Assembly: GCA_041695225.1 (NCBI GenBank)
Contig: JBGFRI010000027.1
Span: 1-64,000 of the forward strand
DNA length: 64,000 nt
Direction of reading: 5' to 3'
DNA from: Deinococcota bacterium
Lineage (GTDB): Bacteria; Deinococcota; Deinococci; Deinococcales; Thermaceae
This document shows, one piece after another, positions 51,811 to 64,000 of the stretch; positions within the stretch are counted from its first letter, which is position 1, and each line of letters starts with the position of its first letter. The position numbers were made by a program, and so were the translations under genes. Under the pieces are notes generated by a model. It was not told where the DNA came from and did no database searches. It saw only the letters and a list, made by a program, of their open reading frames with translations.

Positions 51811-52114
51811 CGGTCGTCCTTTATATCGATGCTTCTGGAAGACCTCTCCCGAGTCATCGGGCACGGCTTTTTTGCATCACAGGTTTGCCATTTGATAAAA
51901 GTTTTTTATACACTGTAAAAAAAGCACTTCCTTACGTTTTGCCTGCAAAAAATCTGCTGTAATGTAAGGCCAGTGACAAAGGTCGAGGGTCGAGTGTCAA
52001 GAGCCAGACCAGCCCGGAGCCAGCGGCAGTTGGCAGACGCTTCAAGGCCCAGTTCCGACCCTAGCCTGATAGCAGCAGACTAACCTACTGTTACGTAACC
52101 CCAAGGAGTGGCGA

Positions 52115-54835
52115 ATGGTTGAAGATCGGGAACTAATAGCAGCTCGAGCCGGGCTATCGGCCGAAGAGCAACTGAGGCTGGAAGACCTCGAGAACCAGGA
52201 GTGGCGCGAGAGCCTCGAGTACGTCCTGCGCACCGCCGGGCGCGACCGGGTGGCGCAGATAATGGAGATGCTCGAAAACCACGCCTACCGCCACGGGGTG
52301 GTCATCCAGGACAAGGTCAACACCCCCTATATCAACACCATCCCGCGACAAAACCAGCCGCCCTATCCGGGAGACCTGGCCATAGAGCAGCGCATTGCCA
52401 ACATTCTGCGCTGGAATACCATTGCCATTGTGCAGCAGGCCAACCTAAAGGCCGATGGCGTTGGCGGGCACATCTCTACCTATGCTAGCATTGCCGAGCT
52501 GATGGAGGTAGGCTTCAACCATTTCTTCCGGGGCCAGGAGTCTTCCGACCACGACAAGGTCTTTTACCAGGGCCATATGTCGCCAGGGGTCTATGCCCGC
52601 AGTTTTCTGGAAGGGCGCTTTAGCACCGAAGACCTGGGCAAGTTCCGCCGCGAGCTACAAGATGGGCCGGGGCGCGGTCTTTCCAGCTACCCCCACCCCT
52701 GGCTGATGCCCGACTACTGGGAGTTCCCTACCGTCTCGATGGGGCTGGGGCCGCTGCAAGCCATATACCAGGCCCGCTTCATGCGCTACCTGGAAGACCG
52801 GGGGCTCAGGCCCAGGTCAGATGCCAAGGTCTGGGCCTTTCTGGGCGACGGCGAACAGGACGAGGTAGAGACCCTGGGTGGGCTGCGGGTGGCGGCCTAC
52901 GAGGAGCTGGATAATCTGATTTTTGTGATCAATGCCAATTTGCAGCGCCTGGACGGACCGGTGCGCGGCAACTCCAAGGTGATCCAGGAGCTTGAGAGCA
53001 TCTACCGGGGCAATGGCTGGAATGTAATCAAGCTGGTCTGGGGCAGCGCCTGGGACGAACTCTTTGCCCGGGATGCCGAGGATGTACTGCTAGAGCGGAT
53101 GGAGCAACTGGTAGACGGAGAGAGCCAGCGCTACGCGGCTTATGGCGGTAAGGAGCTGCGCGAGAAGTTCTTCAACACCCCAGCTTTGCAAAAGCTGATC
53201 GAGGGCTACTCCGACCAGGACCTAGACCGGCTCACGCGCTCGCGCGGGGGGCATGACCCAGTTAAAATTTACGCCGCCTACAAGGCTGCGGTGGAGCATC
53301 GCGGCTCGCCTACGGTGATTATTGCCCGCTCGATCAAGGGATATGCTCTGGGGCCAACCGCCCAGGCCAAAAATGTGGCCCACCAGGTCAAAAAGCTCAC
53401 CCTGGAAGACCTCCGCGAGGCCCGCGACTTCCTGGAAATTCCGGTAAAAGACCAGGACCTGGAAAACACCCCTTTCTACCACCCCGGCCCCGACTCGCCA
53501 GAGGCGGGCTACATGCTAGCCCGCCGGGCGGATCTGGGTGGTCTGATACCCGAGCGGAGGGTGCCTGAGTACCGGCTCCATACCCCCGAGCTGTCTTTCT
53601 TTGAGGAGTTTCTGACAGGCTCTGGCGGGCGTGAAATCTCCACCACCATGGCTTTCGTACGGATGCTGGCCAAGCTGGTGCGGCACCCTGAGGTGGGCAA
53701 ACTCATCGTCCCAATTGTCCCCGACGAGGCCCGCACCTTTGGCATGGAGGGGGTAATTAGCTCGGTGGGCATCTACTCGCCCAAGGGCCAGCTATACATC
53801 CCGGTTGACGCTGGGACTGTTACCGTTTACCGCGAGTCCCAGACCGGGCAGCTGCTGCAAGAGGGTATCAACGAGGCCGGCGCCATGTGCAGTTTTATTG
53901 CTGCTGGTACGGCCTACGCCAACTACGGGGTGCCTGCCATCCCCTTCTACATCTACTACTCGATGTTTGGCCTGCAACGGGTGGGCGACCTGGCCTGGGC
54001 CGCTGGCGACCAGCGCACTAAGGGCTTCATGATGGGGGCGACGGCGGGCCGCACCACTCTAAACGGCGAGGGTTTGCAGCACCAGGATGGACACAGCCAC
54101 ATGCAGGCCATTCCCATCCCCAACATGCCTGCCTACGACCCCGCCTTCGCCTACGAGCTGGCGGTCATTCTGCAAGACGGCATGAAGCGCATGTACCAGG
54201 ACGCCGAGGACATTTTTTACTACATCACCCTGATGAACGAGAACTATGTCCAGCCCGCCATGCCCGAGCCCCGCGAAGAGACCAGACAGGGCATTCTGAA
54301 GGGACTTTATCTGTTCAAGCCCAGCGAGCTGAAAAAGCCAAAGGCCAGGGTACAGCTCCTGGGCAGCGGTACCATTCTGGGCGAGGTGATCAAGGCGGCT
54401 GGAATGCTGGAAGAGTATGGCCTGGCAGCCGACGTCTGGAGCGTGACCAGCTACAAAGCGCTTTACTACGATGCCCTCGAAACGGCCCGCGCCAACCGCC
54501 TCAATCCCAATAGCAAGGCCAGGCTTTCCTACGCCGCCCAGTGTCTCAATCCCACCGAAGGCCCGATTGTGGCCGCCTCGGATTACATGAAGGCACTACC
54601 CGATCTGGTCTCGGGCTACCTGGGCCGCCCCATTCATAGCCTGGGCACCGATGGCTTCGGCCGCTCCGAGACCCGCGAGGCCCTGCGCGACTTCTTTGAA
54701 GTAGACGCAAAAAACGTGGTGTTGACAGCTTTATCTGCACTGCGCTCAGAGGGCAAGGTCAGTGCCAGCACCCTTACCGAGGCCATCAAAAAACTGGGCT
54801 TTGACCCCAGGCGGGAGCATCCGCACAAGCGCTGA
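52115..54835 (+). CDS. aceE: Pyruvate dehydrogenase E1, homodimeric
   Basis: [41 protein letters not shown]. Confidence 0.97.
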   Translation: MVEDRELIAARAGLSAEEQLRLEDLENQEWRESLEYVLRTAGRDRVAQIMEMLENHAYRHGVVIQDKVNTPYINTIPRQNQPPYPGDLAIEQRIANILRWNTIAIVQQANLKADGVGGHISTYASIAELMEVGFNHFFRGQESSDHDKVFYQGHMSPGVYARSFLEGRFSTEDLGKFRRELQDGPGRGLSSYPHPWLMPDYWEFPTVSMGLGPLQAIYQARFMRYLEDRGLRPRSDAKVWAFLGDGEQDEVETLGGLRVAAYEELDNLIFVINANLQRLDGPVRGNSKVIQELESIYRGNGWNVIKLVWGSAWDELFARDAEDVLLERMEQLVDGESQRYAAYGGKELREKFFNTPALQKLIEGYSDQDLDRLTRSRGGHDPVKIYAAYKAAVEHRGSPTVIIARSIKGYALGPTAQAKNVAHQVKKLTLEDLREARDFLEIPVKDQDLENTPFYHPGPDSPEAGYMLARRADLGGLIPERRVPEYRLHTPELSFFEEFLTGSGGREISTTMAFVRMLAKLVRHPEVGKLIVPIVPDEARTFGMEGVISSVGIYSPKGQLYIPVDAGTVTVYRESQTGQLLQEGINEAGAMCSFIAAGTAYANYGVPAIPFYIYYSMFGLQRVGDLAWAAGDQRTKGFMMGATAGRTTLNGEGLQHQDGHSHMQAIPIPNMPAYDPAFAYELAVILQDGMKRMYQDAEDIFYYITLMNENYVQPAMPEPREETRQGILKGLYLFKPSELKKPKARVQLLGSGTILGEVIKAAGMLEEYGLAADVWSVTSYKALYYDALETARANRLNPNSKARLSYAAQCLNPTEGPIVAASDYMKALPDLVSGYLGRPIHSLGTDGFGRSETREALRDFFEVDAKNVVLTALSALRSEGKVSASTLTEAIKKLGFDPRREHPHKR

Positions 54836-54932
54836 TGCGCTTGGTCGAAGGTCTGAAGACAAAGGTCGAAGGCCAAAACGCGAGACCGTTACCGACCTTC
54901 GACTTTCGACCTTAGACCTCCGACATGCGACG
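54834..54932 (+). repeat. Single composite heptamer unit between aceE and aceF
   Basis: GCGCTT-GGTCGAAGGTCTGAAGACAAAGGTCGAAGGCCAAAA-CGCGAGACCGTTACC-GACCTTC GACTTTC GACCTTA GACCTCC GACATGC. Confidence 0.9.
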
Positions 54933-54943
54933 ATAGGAGCATT

Positions 54944-56287
54944 ATGGCAGAACTAAAACTACCCGACCTGGGCGATAACGTGACCTCTGCGGTGGTGGTG
55001 GGGGTACTGATCAAAGAAGGCGATACCATCGTGGCCGGACAGCCGGTGCTGGAGCTGGAAACCGACAAAGCCGTTATGGAAGCCCCGGCCTCCGAGGGCG
55101 GGACGGTCTCTAAGGTGCTGGTCAAGGCAGGCGACGAGGTAAAGAGTGGGCAGGTATTAGCGCTGCTGGGCGGGGCGGATGTGAGTGGGGGTGCGGGGGA
55201 GCAGGGGAGCAAGGGGGCGGCGCCTCCTGCCCCAGCAGCCACTACACCTGCGCCAGACCCTGCCCCCGCTGCTCCTGAGCCCGGTGCGAGCAGTCCCGGC
55301 TCGGCTAAGCCTAGTACCCCTGCTCCACAGCGCAGCGCTGCCCCACTGCAAGCGGTTCCCGCAGGGCAGCGCAAGCTGATTCCGGCTGCGCCCAGTGTGC
55401 GCAGGCTGGCCAGGGAGATGGGCATCAATTTGATGGAGGTGGTGGGCAGCGGCCCAGCCTTCCGCATCTTGGCGAGCGATCTAAAGCGGTTTGCTGCGGG
55501 AGAAGTTCCCGCTACAGTTCCCCCAGCCCCTCAGCCTGTTAGCACCCCTGCGGCTACCTTGCCCGACTTCAGCAGGTTTGGCCCGGTACGCCGCGAGGCT
55601 ATGTCGGGAATTCGCCGCGCCACCGTGCGCGCGATGACCCAGGCCTGGACTACCATCCCCATGGTGACCCAGTTCGACAAGGCCGACATCACCACCATGG
55701 AAGCCCTGCGTAAGAAGCTTGGCCCCCGGGCCGAGAAGCGGGGCGCAAAACTTACCATGACCGCAATCCTGCTCAAAATTGCGGCCTCGGCGCTCAAGCA
55801 GTTCCACAGGTTCAATGCCTCGATAGACACCGCCTCCAATGAGGTAATTTTCAAGGACTATATCCACATCGGGGTGGCGGTGGACACCCCTACCGGGCTC
55901 TTGGTGCCGGTGATTCGGGATGTAGACAAGAAAGGTGTGATTACCCTGTCTGCCGAGCTGGGCGAGACCGCCGCCAAAGCGCGGGATCGCAAGCTTACCC
56001 CCGAGGAGATGCAGGGAGCATCGTTTACCATCTCCAACCTGGGGGGCATTGGCGGGACGGGCTTTACCCCGATTGTCAACTGGCCCGAGGTAGCCATTTT
56101 GGGAGTTTCGCGCAGTAGCACAGAGCCGGTCTGGAATGACGAAAAAGCTACCTTTGAGCCCAGGAACATCATGCCTTTCTCGCTCTCTTATGACCACCGC
56201 CTGATAGACGGTGCCGATGCCGCGCGATTCTGCCGCTTTATTGCCGAGATGCTGGAAGACCCGTATTTGATGGGGTTTGAAGGGTAG
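54944..56287 (+). CDS. aceF: Dihydrolipoamide acetyltransferase (PDH E2)
   Basis: Lipoyl motif [32 protein letters not shown]. Confidence 0.95.
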   Translation: MAELKLPDLGDNVTSAVVVGVLIKEGDTIVAGQPVLELETDKAVMEAPASEGGTVSKVLVKAGDEVKSGQVLALLGGADVSGGAGEQGSKGAAPPAPAATTPAPDPAPAAPEPGASSPGSAKPSTPAPQRSAAPLQAVPAGQRKLIPAAPSVRRLAREMGINLMEVVGSGPAFRILASDLKRFAAGEVPATVPPAPQPVSTPAATLPDFSRFGPVRREAMSGIRRATVRAMTQAWTTIPMVTQFDKADITTMEALRKKLGPRAEKRGAKLTMTAILLKIAASALKQFHRFNASIDTASNEVIFKDYIHIGVAVDTPTGLLVPVIRDVDKKGVITLSAELGETAAKARDRKLTPEEMQGASFTISNLGGIGGTGFTPIVNWPEVAILGVSRSSTEPVWNDEKATFEPRNIMPFSLSYDHRLIDGADAARFCRFIAEMLEDPYLMGFEG

Positions 56288-56290
56288 TGA

Positions 56291-56505
56291 GTGCGAGCCC
56301 CTTGCGCGAGCGCGCCTGGTCGAAGGTCGAAAGACGAAGGTCGAAGGCCAAAACATGCGCTTACGCGCATGGTCGAAGGTCTAGAGTCGAAGGTCGAAAG
56401 CCAAAAGGCAAGACCGTGGCAGACCTTTGACCTTCGACCTTGGACATTCGACGAGCAGTCGAAGGCCAGATCGTGAGGCCGTAGCAGACCTTCGACCTTA
56501 GACCT
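56291..56505 (+). repeat. Composite heptamer repeat locus
   Basis: Two GGTCGAA arms separated by the palindrome CATGCGC-ttac-GCGCATG, core GGCAAGACCGTGGCAG, GACCTT arm, linker GACGAGCAGTCG. Confidence 0.92.
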
Positions 56506-56546
56506 ACCGAGTTAGCCGTGAGGATAGTAGCCGCGCAGGTAAGGGT

Positions 56547-57170
56547 CTACGGTGACGCATGTATGTGCTCAAGCACGTTCTGCACCACTGCGTTTAGGTC
56601 CTGCCGGCTGGTGTCCAGCACGATGGCATCTCTGGCCGGTGTGCTCTGTACCTTGTCGGCCTGGTCGCGCCGGACGATCTCGGCCAGAACGGTCTCGATA
56701 GTGGCATCGCGCTCGGGAGCGCGACGTCTGGCCCGGACCTCGGGGCTGGCGGTAAGGTAGAACTTGTAGCGGGCCTGGGGAAAAACCGCGCTGCCCATGT
56801 CGCGCCCGTCCACCACGAAAGGGGGCGGAATTTGACGCAGTACCTGGTTGACATACTCGCGGACGGCGGGGCGTGCTGCTACGGCGGAGACAATCTGGTC
56901 TACCTCGAGGCTGTGCAGAACCTCACTGATCTCGTGACCGTCCAGAAAGACCAGGTTCTGGGTGGGGGTGGGCTTCAGCGTTAGGCGGTACTTACCCAGA
57001 CGCTCCTCAATTTCCTCGGCAGAGGCGTTCTCGATCAGACAGATCAGGGCCACCGCCCGGTACAAAAGTCCGCTGGAGATATAGGGTACACCCAGGCGCC
57101 GGGCTACCAGCCTGGCCACGCTTGTCTTGCCCGAGGCCGAGGGGCCGTCTATGGTAATTACTTCAGTCAT
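56547..57170 (-). CDS. cmk: Cytidylate kinase
   Basis: ITIDGPSASGKT, SG..YRA, DGRDMG..VFP, RRD..D. Confidence 0.96.
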   Translation of the reverse strand: MTEVITIDGPSASGKTSVARLVARRLGVPYISSGLLYRAVALICLIENASAEEIEERLGKYRLTLKPTPTQNLVFLDGHEISEVLHSLEVDQIVSAVAARPAVREYVNQVLRQIPPPFVVDGRDMGSAVFPQARYKFYLTASPEVRARRRAPERDATIETVLAEIVRRDQADKVQSTPARDAIVLDTSRQDLNAVVQNVLEHIHASP

Positions 57171-57362
57171 CGGTCACGGATTGTCGAAGGTCCAGGGTCG
57201 AAAGTCGAAGGGCAGAACAATTTGGCGTGGATGGTGATCCTCGAGGGCCGGCTCTTGATCTTAACTGGCAGTACGGTGCTCATACATCTTCCACGGCCTG
57301 AAGTAGCCTGCTCCACTGCCCTATGATCTGGGTCTAGCTGCAGCACATTCCACGACTCCTGC

Positions 57363-58643
57363 TCAATCCTTTCTACATAGCCGCTCTAAGTCTTGCCAGA
57401 AGCTGGGAAAGCTGATGCTGGCCCATTCGGCATCACGCACCAGCACGCCTGTTGGCAGGCCACAGACCGCAAAGGCCATGGCAATGCGGTGGTCGTGGAA
57501 GGGCTCGACTACCCCGTCGGCCTGCACTCTGCCGCCTGTAATGTTGATCCAGTCAGGCCCGGCTTCCAACGGCACGCCCAGGTTGTGCAGGTTATGGGCT
57601 ATGGCGCTCAGACGGTCGGACTCCTTGACCCGCAACTCCTCGAGGCTGGGAATATGGGTCTCGCCCTCGGCCCAGGCTGCTGCGGCGGCCAGCACCGGCA
57701 CCTCGTCCACCATCAGCGGGATCAGTTTCGGGTCTACCGCTACTCCCTTGAGCTCTGACGAACGGGCCCGGATCCAGCCCACCGGCTCGCCGTCCTGCCC
57801 CTCGGTGACTTCCCAGCTCAGGTCGGCCCCCATCTGTTTCAGCACGGTTAGCAGGCCGGTGCGGGTGGGGTTAAGACCCACCCCCCCTATGGTCACCTCG
57901 GAGTCGGGGGTGATTAGCGCCGCCACAATAAAAAAAGCCGCACTACTGATGTCGCCGGGGACGGTCAGGTTCCTGGCGGTGAAAGGCTCGGCCCGGCGGG
58001 TGCGGATCAGGCTGCCCTCCACCTCGATGGGCAGGCCATAGTGCCGGAAGACCCGCTCGGTATGGTCGCGGGTCGGGGCCGGCTCCACCACCTCGGTCTC
58101 GCCAGAGGCAAACAGACCCGCCAACAAGACCGCACTTTTGACCTGGGCGCTGGCCACGGGCATCTCGTAGTGGATGCCGGTCAGGCCGCCACCCCGAATG
58201 GCCAGAGGGGCCAGTCTGCCGTTCTCACGACCCTCGATGCGCGCACCCATCTGGCGGAGGGGGATGGTGACTCGAGCCATCGGGCGGCGCCGGAGTGAGG
58301 CGTCGCCGGTTAGTACCGAGAACATTTCCTGCCCCGAAAGCAGACCCGCCGCCAGCCGCATAAGGGTTCCGGCATTGCCGCAGTCCAGAATGTCGGCAGG
58401 TTCCACAAGCCTGAGGCCCGCTCCCTTAATGTAAAAATGCTCGTTCTGCTCGGTGATCTCGGCTCCTAACTGACGCATGACCTGGGTGGTTGAAAGGGTA
58501 TCGCCAGCCTTGAGGGGATAGTAGAGGGTGCTTTCGCCCTGGGCCAGCGTACCCAGCATCAGACCTCGATGGGTGACCGATTTGTCGCCGGGAACGCGCA
58601 GCCTGCCTTTGAGGGATTGGGTGGGGGAGATGAGCCGTTCCAT
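57363..58643 (-). CDS. aroA: EPSP synthase (class II)
   Basis: PGDKSVTHR, CGNAGT, ASAQVKSA, RDHTER, RVKESDR, DHRIAM. Confidence 0.97.
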   Translation of the reverse strand: MERLISPTQSLKGRLRVPGDKSVTHRGLMLGTLAQGESTLYYPLKAGDTLSTTQVMRQLGAEITEQNEHFYIKGAGLRLVEPADILDCGNAGTLMRLAAGLLSGQEMFSVLTGDASLRRRPMARVTIPLRQMGARIEGRENGRLAPLAIRGGGLTGIHYEMPVASAQVKSAVLLAGLFASGETEVVEPAPTRDHTERVFRHYGLPIEVEGSLIRTRRAEPFTARNLTVPGDISSAAFFIVAALITPDSEVTIGGVGLNPTRTGLLTVLKQMGADLSWEVTEGQDGEPVGWIRARSSELKGVAVDPKLIPLMVDEVPVLAAAAAWAEGETHIPSLEELRVKESDRLSAIAHNLHNLGVPLEAGPDWINITGGRVQADGVVEPFHDHRIAMAFAVCGLPTGVLVRDAEWASISFPSFWQDLERLCRKD

Positions 58644-58685
58644 AAGTCCATCCGGGATTATAGCCTGCTTGTGCGCCAACGCGAT

Positions 58686-59099
58686 TGGTCAAAGGTCGCA
58701 AGTCACAAGTCGCAGGTCTCAAGTCGAAGGTCTAAAGACAAAGGTCGAAGGCCAAACATGCGCTTGCGCGCATGGTCGAAGGTCGAAAGACGAAGGTCAA
58801 GGGCCAAAGGGCGAGGCCGTCACAGACCTTTGACCTTAGACCTTGGACATTCGACGAGCAGTCGGAGGCCAAAATACGTGACCGTGGCAGACCATTGACC
58901 TTAGACCGTAGACTCGCGACGAGCAGTCGAGGCCAAAAGGCGAGGCCGTCACAGACCTGCGACCTGAGACCTTAGACATGCGAAGATGCACTTACGCGCA
59001 TGGTCGAAGGTCGAAAGACGAAGGTCAAAGGCCAAAACGCTAGACCGTCACAGGCCTGCGACCTTAGACCTGAGACACGCGACGACCTTTAGGGGTCGC
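58686..59099 (+). repeat. Largest composite heptamer repeat array
   Basis: GGCCAAA at 58750, 58802, 58867, 58931, 59030; 64-65-bp periodic units; two CATGCGC..GCGCATG-type palindromes. Confidence 0.95.
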
Positions 59100-59133
59100 A
59101 CTAAACAGCCTCGAGCCGCTATAGTTAGCTGGT

Positions 59134-60114
59134 ATGGATGCTGCACTCAACGGCCCCGAGCCGCGCTACTGGGATAAGATTCGCACCGTTGCCAGCACGC
59201 TGCGTGAACTCGAGGGGCCCATCATCATCGCCTCGCACGTTGACCCCGATGGCGACGCCATTGGCTCTTCGCTGGGGCTGGCTCGAGCCCTCAAGACCCT
59301 GGATAAAAAAGTTACCTGGATTGCCGACCCGCCGCGCTATCTGCGCTTTCTGGTCAAGGAAGACGAGTATAGCGATCCGATCGAGCGCATGCCGGCAGGG
59401 GGCACCCTGGTGGTGCTCGACTCTGCCGAGCCGGATCGCGTTGCTGGAGTGCCGGTTGAAGGGTTTGTGATTAATATTGACCACCACGGCACCAACCCCC
59501 GTTTTGGCTACCTGGCGGTGGTAGACCCTTCCAAAGCCGCCGCCGCCCAGATGGTAAAGGACCTGATAGATGCGTTGGGCGTTGCCTGGAATGCCGAGAT
59601 TGCCACTCCGGTGCTGACCGGTCTGATTACCGACACCGGCAACTTCCGCTTCGGCAACACCACCCCGGAGGTGCTGCACATGGCTGCCGAGCTGGTGGGG
59701 TACGGGGTAAATCTGGCCGAACTTACCGACCGCTTGCAGTGGCGGCCCACCAGCTACTTCAAGGCTATGGGTGCGGCGCTTTCCACGGTAGAGTTTCATT
59801 TTGGCGGCCTGTTGGTGACGGCCCACATGCCCCCCGATGTGACCGTGGAAGACTCCGACGATTTTGTCGGCATGATCCGCTACGCCGAAGGCTGTCAAAT
59901 TGCGGTTTTTCTGCGCGAGCGCGCGGAAGGGGTGGTCAAGCTCAGCATCCGCAGCCGCGGTGGGGTCTCGGCCCAGGCCGTAGCGGTAAAACTGGGCGGG
60001 GGAGGGCACGTGCCTGCTGCGGGGGCCAGTCTGCGCGGGGTGAGCCTGGACGAGGCTTACCAGAGGCTGCTGGCCTCGGTTGAGCAGGAGCTCAGACGGG
60101 TGGGATACATTTAG
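59134..60114 (+). CDS. nrnA: DHH/DHHA1 phosphoesterase (NrnA-like oligoribonuclease)
   Basis: HVDPDGDAIGS, NIDHH, DTGNFRF, SIRS, GGGGH..AAG. Confidence 0.9.
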   Translation: MDAALNGPEPRYWDKIRTVASTLRELEGPIIIASHVDPDGDAIGSSLGLARALKTLDKKVTWIADPPRYLRFLVKEDEYSDPIERMPAGGTLVVLDSAEPDRVAGVPVEGFVINIDHHGTNPRFGYLAVVDPSKAAAAQMVKDLIDALGVAWNAEIATPVLTGLITDTGNFRFGNTTPEVLHMAAELVGYGVNLAELTDRLQWRPTSYFKAMGAALSTVEFHFGGLLVTAHMPPDVTVEDSDDFVGMIRYAEGCQIAVFLRERAEGVVKLSIRSRGGVSAQAVAVKLGGGGHVPAAGASLRGVSLDEAYQRLLASVEQELRRVGYI

Positions 60115-60159
60115 GCTGCATCCGCATGGTTGAGCAACGCGATTCTTCGCCACGCAGGA

Positions 60160-62625
<2,466 letters not shown>

Positions 62626-62931
62626 GGTCTAAGGTCGAAGGTCTGCGGCGCTCTCGCGCTCTGGCCTTCGACTGCTCGTCGAATGTCCCAGGTCAAAGGT
62701 CGAAGGTCTGCCACGGTCTTGCCTTTTGGCCTTCGACCTTCGTCTTTCGACCTTCGACCAGGCGCGCTAGTGCTTTGACCTTCGACCGGGCGCGTTAGCG
62801 CATGCGCAGATGGAGGCCGGTGGGCTTTTCCTGAGACAGATTTGGGGGCAAAATAGAGGGGAATGCAGACCACGGTAACGGCTCCAGCCACCAAAAGCCT
62901 GGCCCACTCGAGCCTCGGCTCCCAGATGCTG

Positions 62932-64000
62932 ATGCGAGGGCTGCTTTTTACGCCTTCCATTCCGCGCTTTGCAGCGGCCAGACTGCTAGGTAAGCGATAT
63001 CCAACCAAGGCCCTTTCCCTTCAACTGGCAACCCTCGCCGAACCCGAACGCCCCTCGGGTTTTGAGCGCCTTAAGGTGCGGCTGGCGGGCATTTGTGGGA
63101 GTGACCTGGCCTTGCTCTACGGCAAACAGTCGCCTGCGCTCTCGGGGATGTTCTCCTTCCCAGCCGTGCTGGGGCACGAGGTCGTGGCCGAGCTAGGGGG
63201 GGTGCGGGTGGTGGTCAACCCGGTGCTGGCCTGCCATGAACGTGGACTGTCAGACTGCCCAGCCTGTGCGAAGGGCGACGATCATCTGTGCTTCAACGTG
63301 GCCGAGGGAAACTATGCTCCCGGCATGACCGGTTTTTGCAAAGATTTGGGGGGCGGCTGGGCCCAGCGTATGGTAGCCCACCGTGAGCGCATCTTTCCCA
63401 TAGACGAGCAGGTCTCCGACGAGCGTGCAGTGCTGAGCGAGCCTGCCGCAGTGGTATTACACGGGCTGCGACAGGTCTGGCATAAAGGGACCACTGACCC
63501 AAGCGGCAGGACACCAGGCCCCGACGGCCTGTTACTGACCACCCATGCCATGGAATGGCCCGCGCAGATTCTGGTAATTGGGGCAGGAAGCATTGGGCTG
63601 CTAGCCATCAAAATGCTGCGGATACTTGGCTTCGACGGGCCGCTGTTTTCGGTAGCCCGGCACAGCCGCCAGGCCGAGCTAGCCAGGCTGTTTGGTGCCA
63701 GCCAGGTATTCCCCAGTACCAAGGCTGCCCAGCAGGCTGCTGGAGCCCGCCGCTACCGGGGTATCCTGGGGGCTATTTCCTGGCGCGGCGGCTTTGAGGG
63801 GGTGGTGGAGGCCTCGGGCTCCACCGGCGGCCTGCAGGAGGCTAGCTGGGCGGTACGCGAAGGTGGGCGGGTCTTGCTGCTGGGGGCTCCCGCTACGGCC
63901 TTCCACGACTTTTCGCCTTACTGGTTCCGCGAAATTGGGCTTTTTGGCAGCTATGCCTATAGCTGGGACGACTTCGCCCAGACGGTCAAGCTCTTGCCCG
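62932..64000 (+). CDS. Zn-dependent (MDR) alcohol/sugar dehydrogenase, partial, runs off the window
   Basis: Manual translation: GICGSD, LGHE, C.....DC..C......LC, IGAGSIG. Confidence 0.88.
   Translation, partial: MRGLLFTPSIPRFAAARLLGKRYPTKALSLQLATLAEPERPSGFERLKVRLAGICGSDLALLYGKQSPALSGMFSFPAVLGHEVVAELGGVRVVVNPVLACHERGLSDCPACAKGDDHLCFNVAEGNYAPGMTGFCKDLGGGWAQRMVAHRERIFPIDEQVSDERAVLSEPAAVVLHGLRQVWHKGTTDPSGRTPGPDGLLLTTHAMEWPAQILVIGAGSIGLLAIKMLRILGFDGPLFSVARHSRQAELARLFGASQVFPSTKAAQQAAGARRYRGILGAISWRGGFEGVVEASGSTGGLQEASWAVREGGRVLLLGAPATAFHDFSPYWFREIGLFGSYAYSWDDFAQTVKLLP

Noticed and set aside
52115..56287. Missing lpdA after aceE-aceF as an anomaly
   Set aside because: E3 is commonly shared and encoded elsewhere.
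58686..59099. CRISPR array
   Set aside because: The 64-65-bp period is suggestive, but the repeats are degenerate, the would-be spacers are only about 17 nt and resemble each other, and there are no cas genes in the window.
58426..59177. Short ORFs made of repeat sequence (RSKVEGRR.../DLRP...)
   Set aside because: They are translations of the heptamer tracts, with no RBS or coding-like composition.

Overview
GC-rich bacterial chromosomal window. The protein sequences, two-OB-fold SSB, and -10 boxes directly upstream of start codons point to Deinococcus-Thermus, most likely Meiothermus (inference). In order it holds: tRNA-Gly(GCC), a decayed ywbE-like gene, an HNH nuclease, hslO, a galactoside cluster (DeoR/AgaR regulator, ABC transporter, GH42, GH36, galT, M24-like protein, galK), an OmpR-type two-component system, a complete hoxEFUYHW bidirectional [NiFe]-hydrogenase operon with no hyp genes in the window, wecB, alr, an actinobacterial Sdh1-like succinate dehydrogenase, iclR/aceB, a small islet with a divergent second SSB, an orphan wzc, rplY-pth, pstSCAB, mobA, mreB-lpxD-lpxC, a ParE-type toxin-antitoxin pair, aceEF, cmk, aroA, a DHH phosphoesterase, and an unusually large SAM-I riboswitch ahead of metY-metF. 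The most striking unexplained signals are: (1) a modular family of 7-bp-periodic intergenic repeats at about 10 loci, (2) strong over-representation of the palindrome CTCGAG, (3) near-absence of Lys in exported proteins, (4) the SSB paralog with a basic tail, and (5) the multi-branched P3 insertion in the SAM-I riboswitch. No CRISPR array, integrase or transposase was found.
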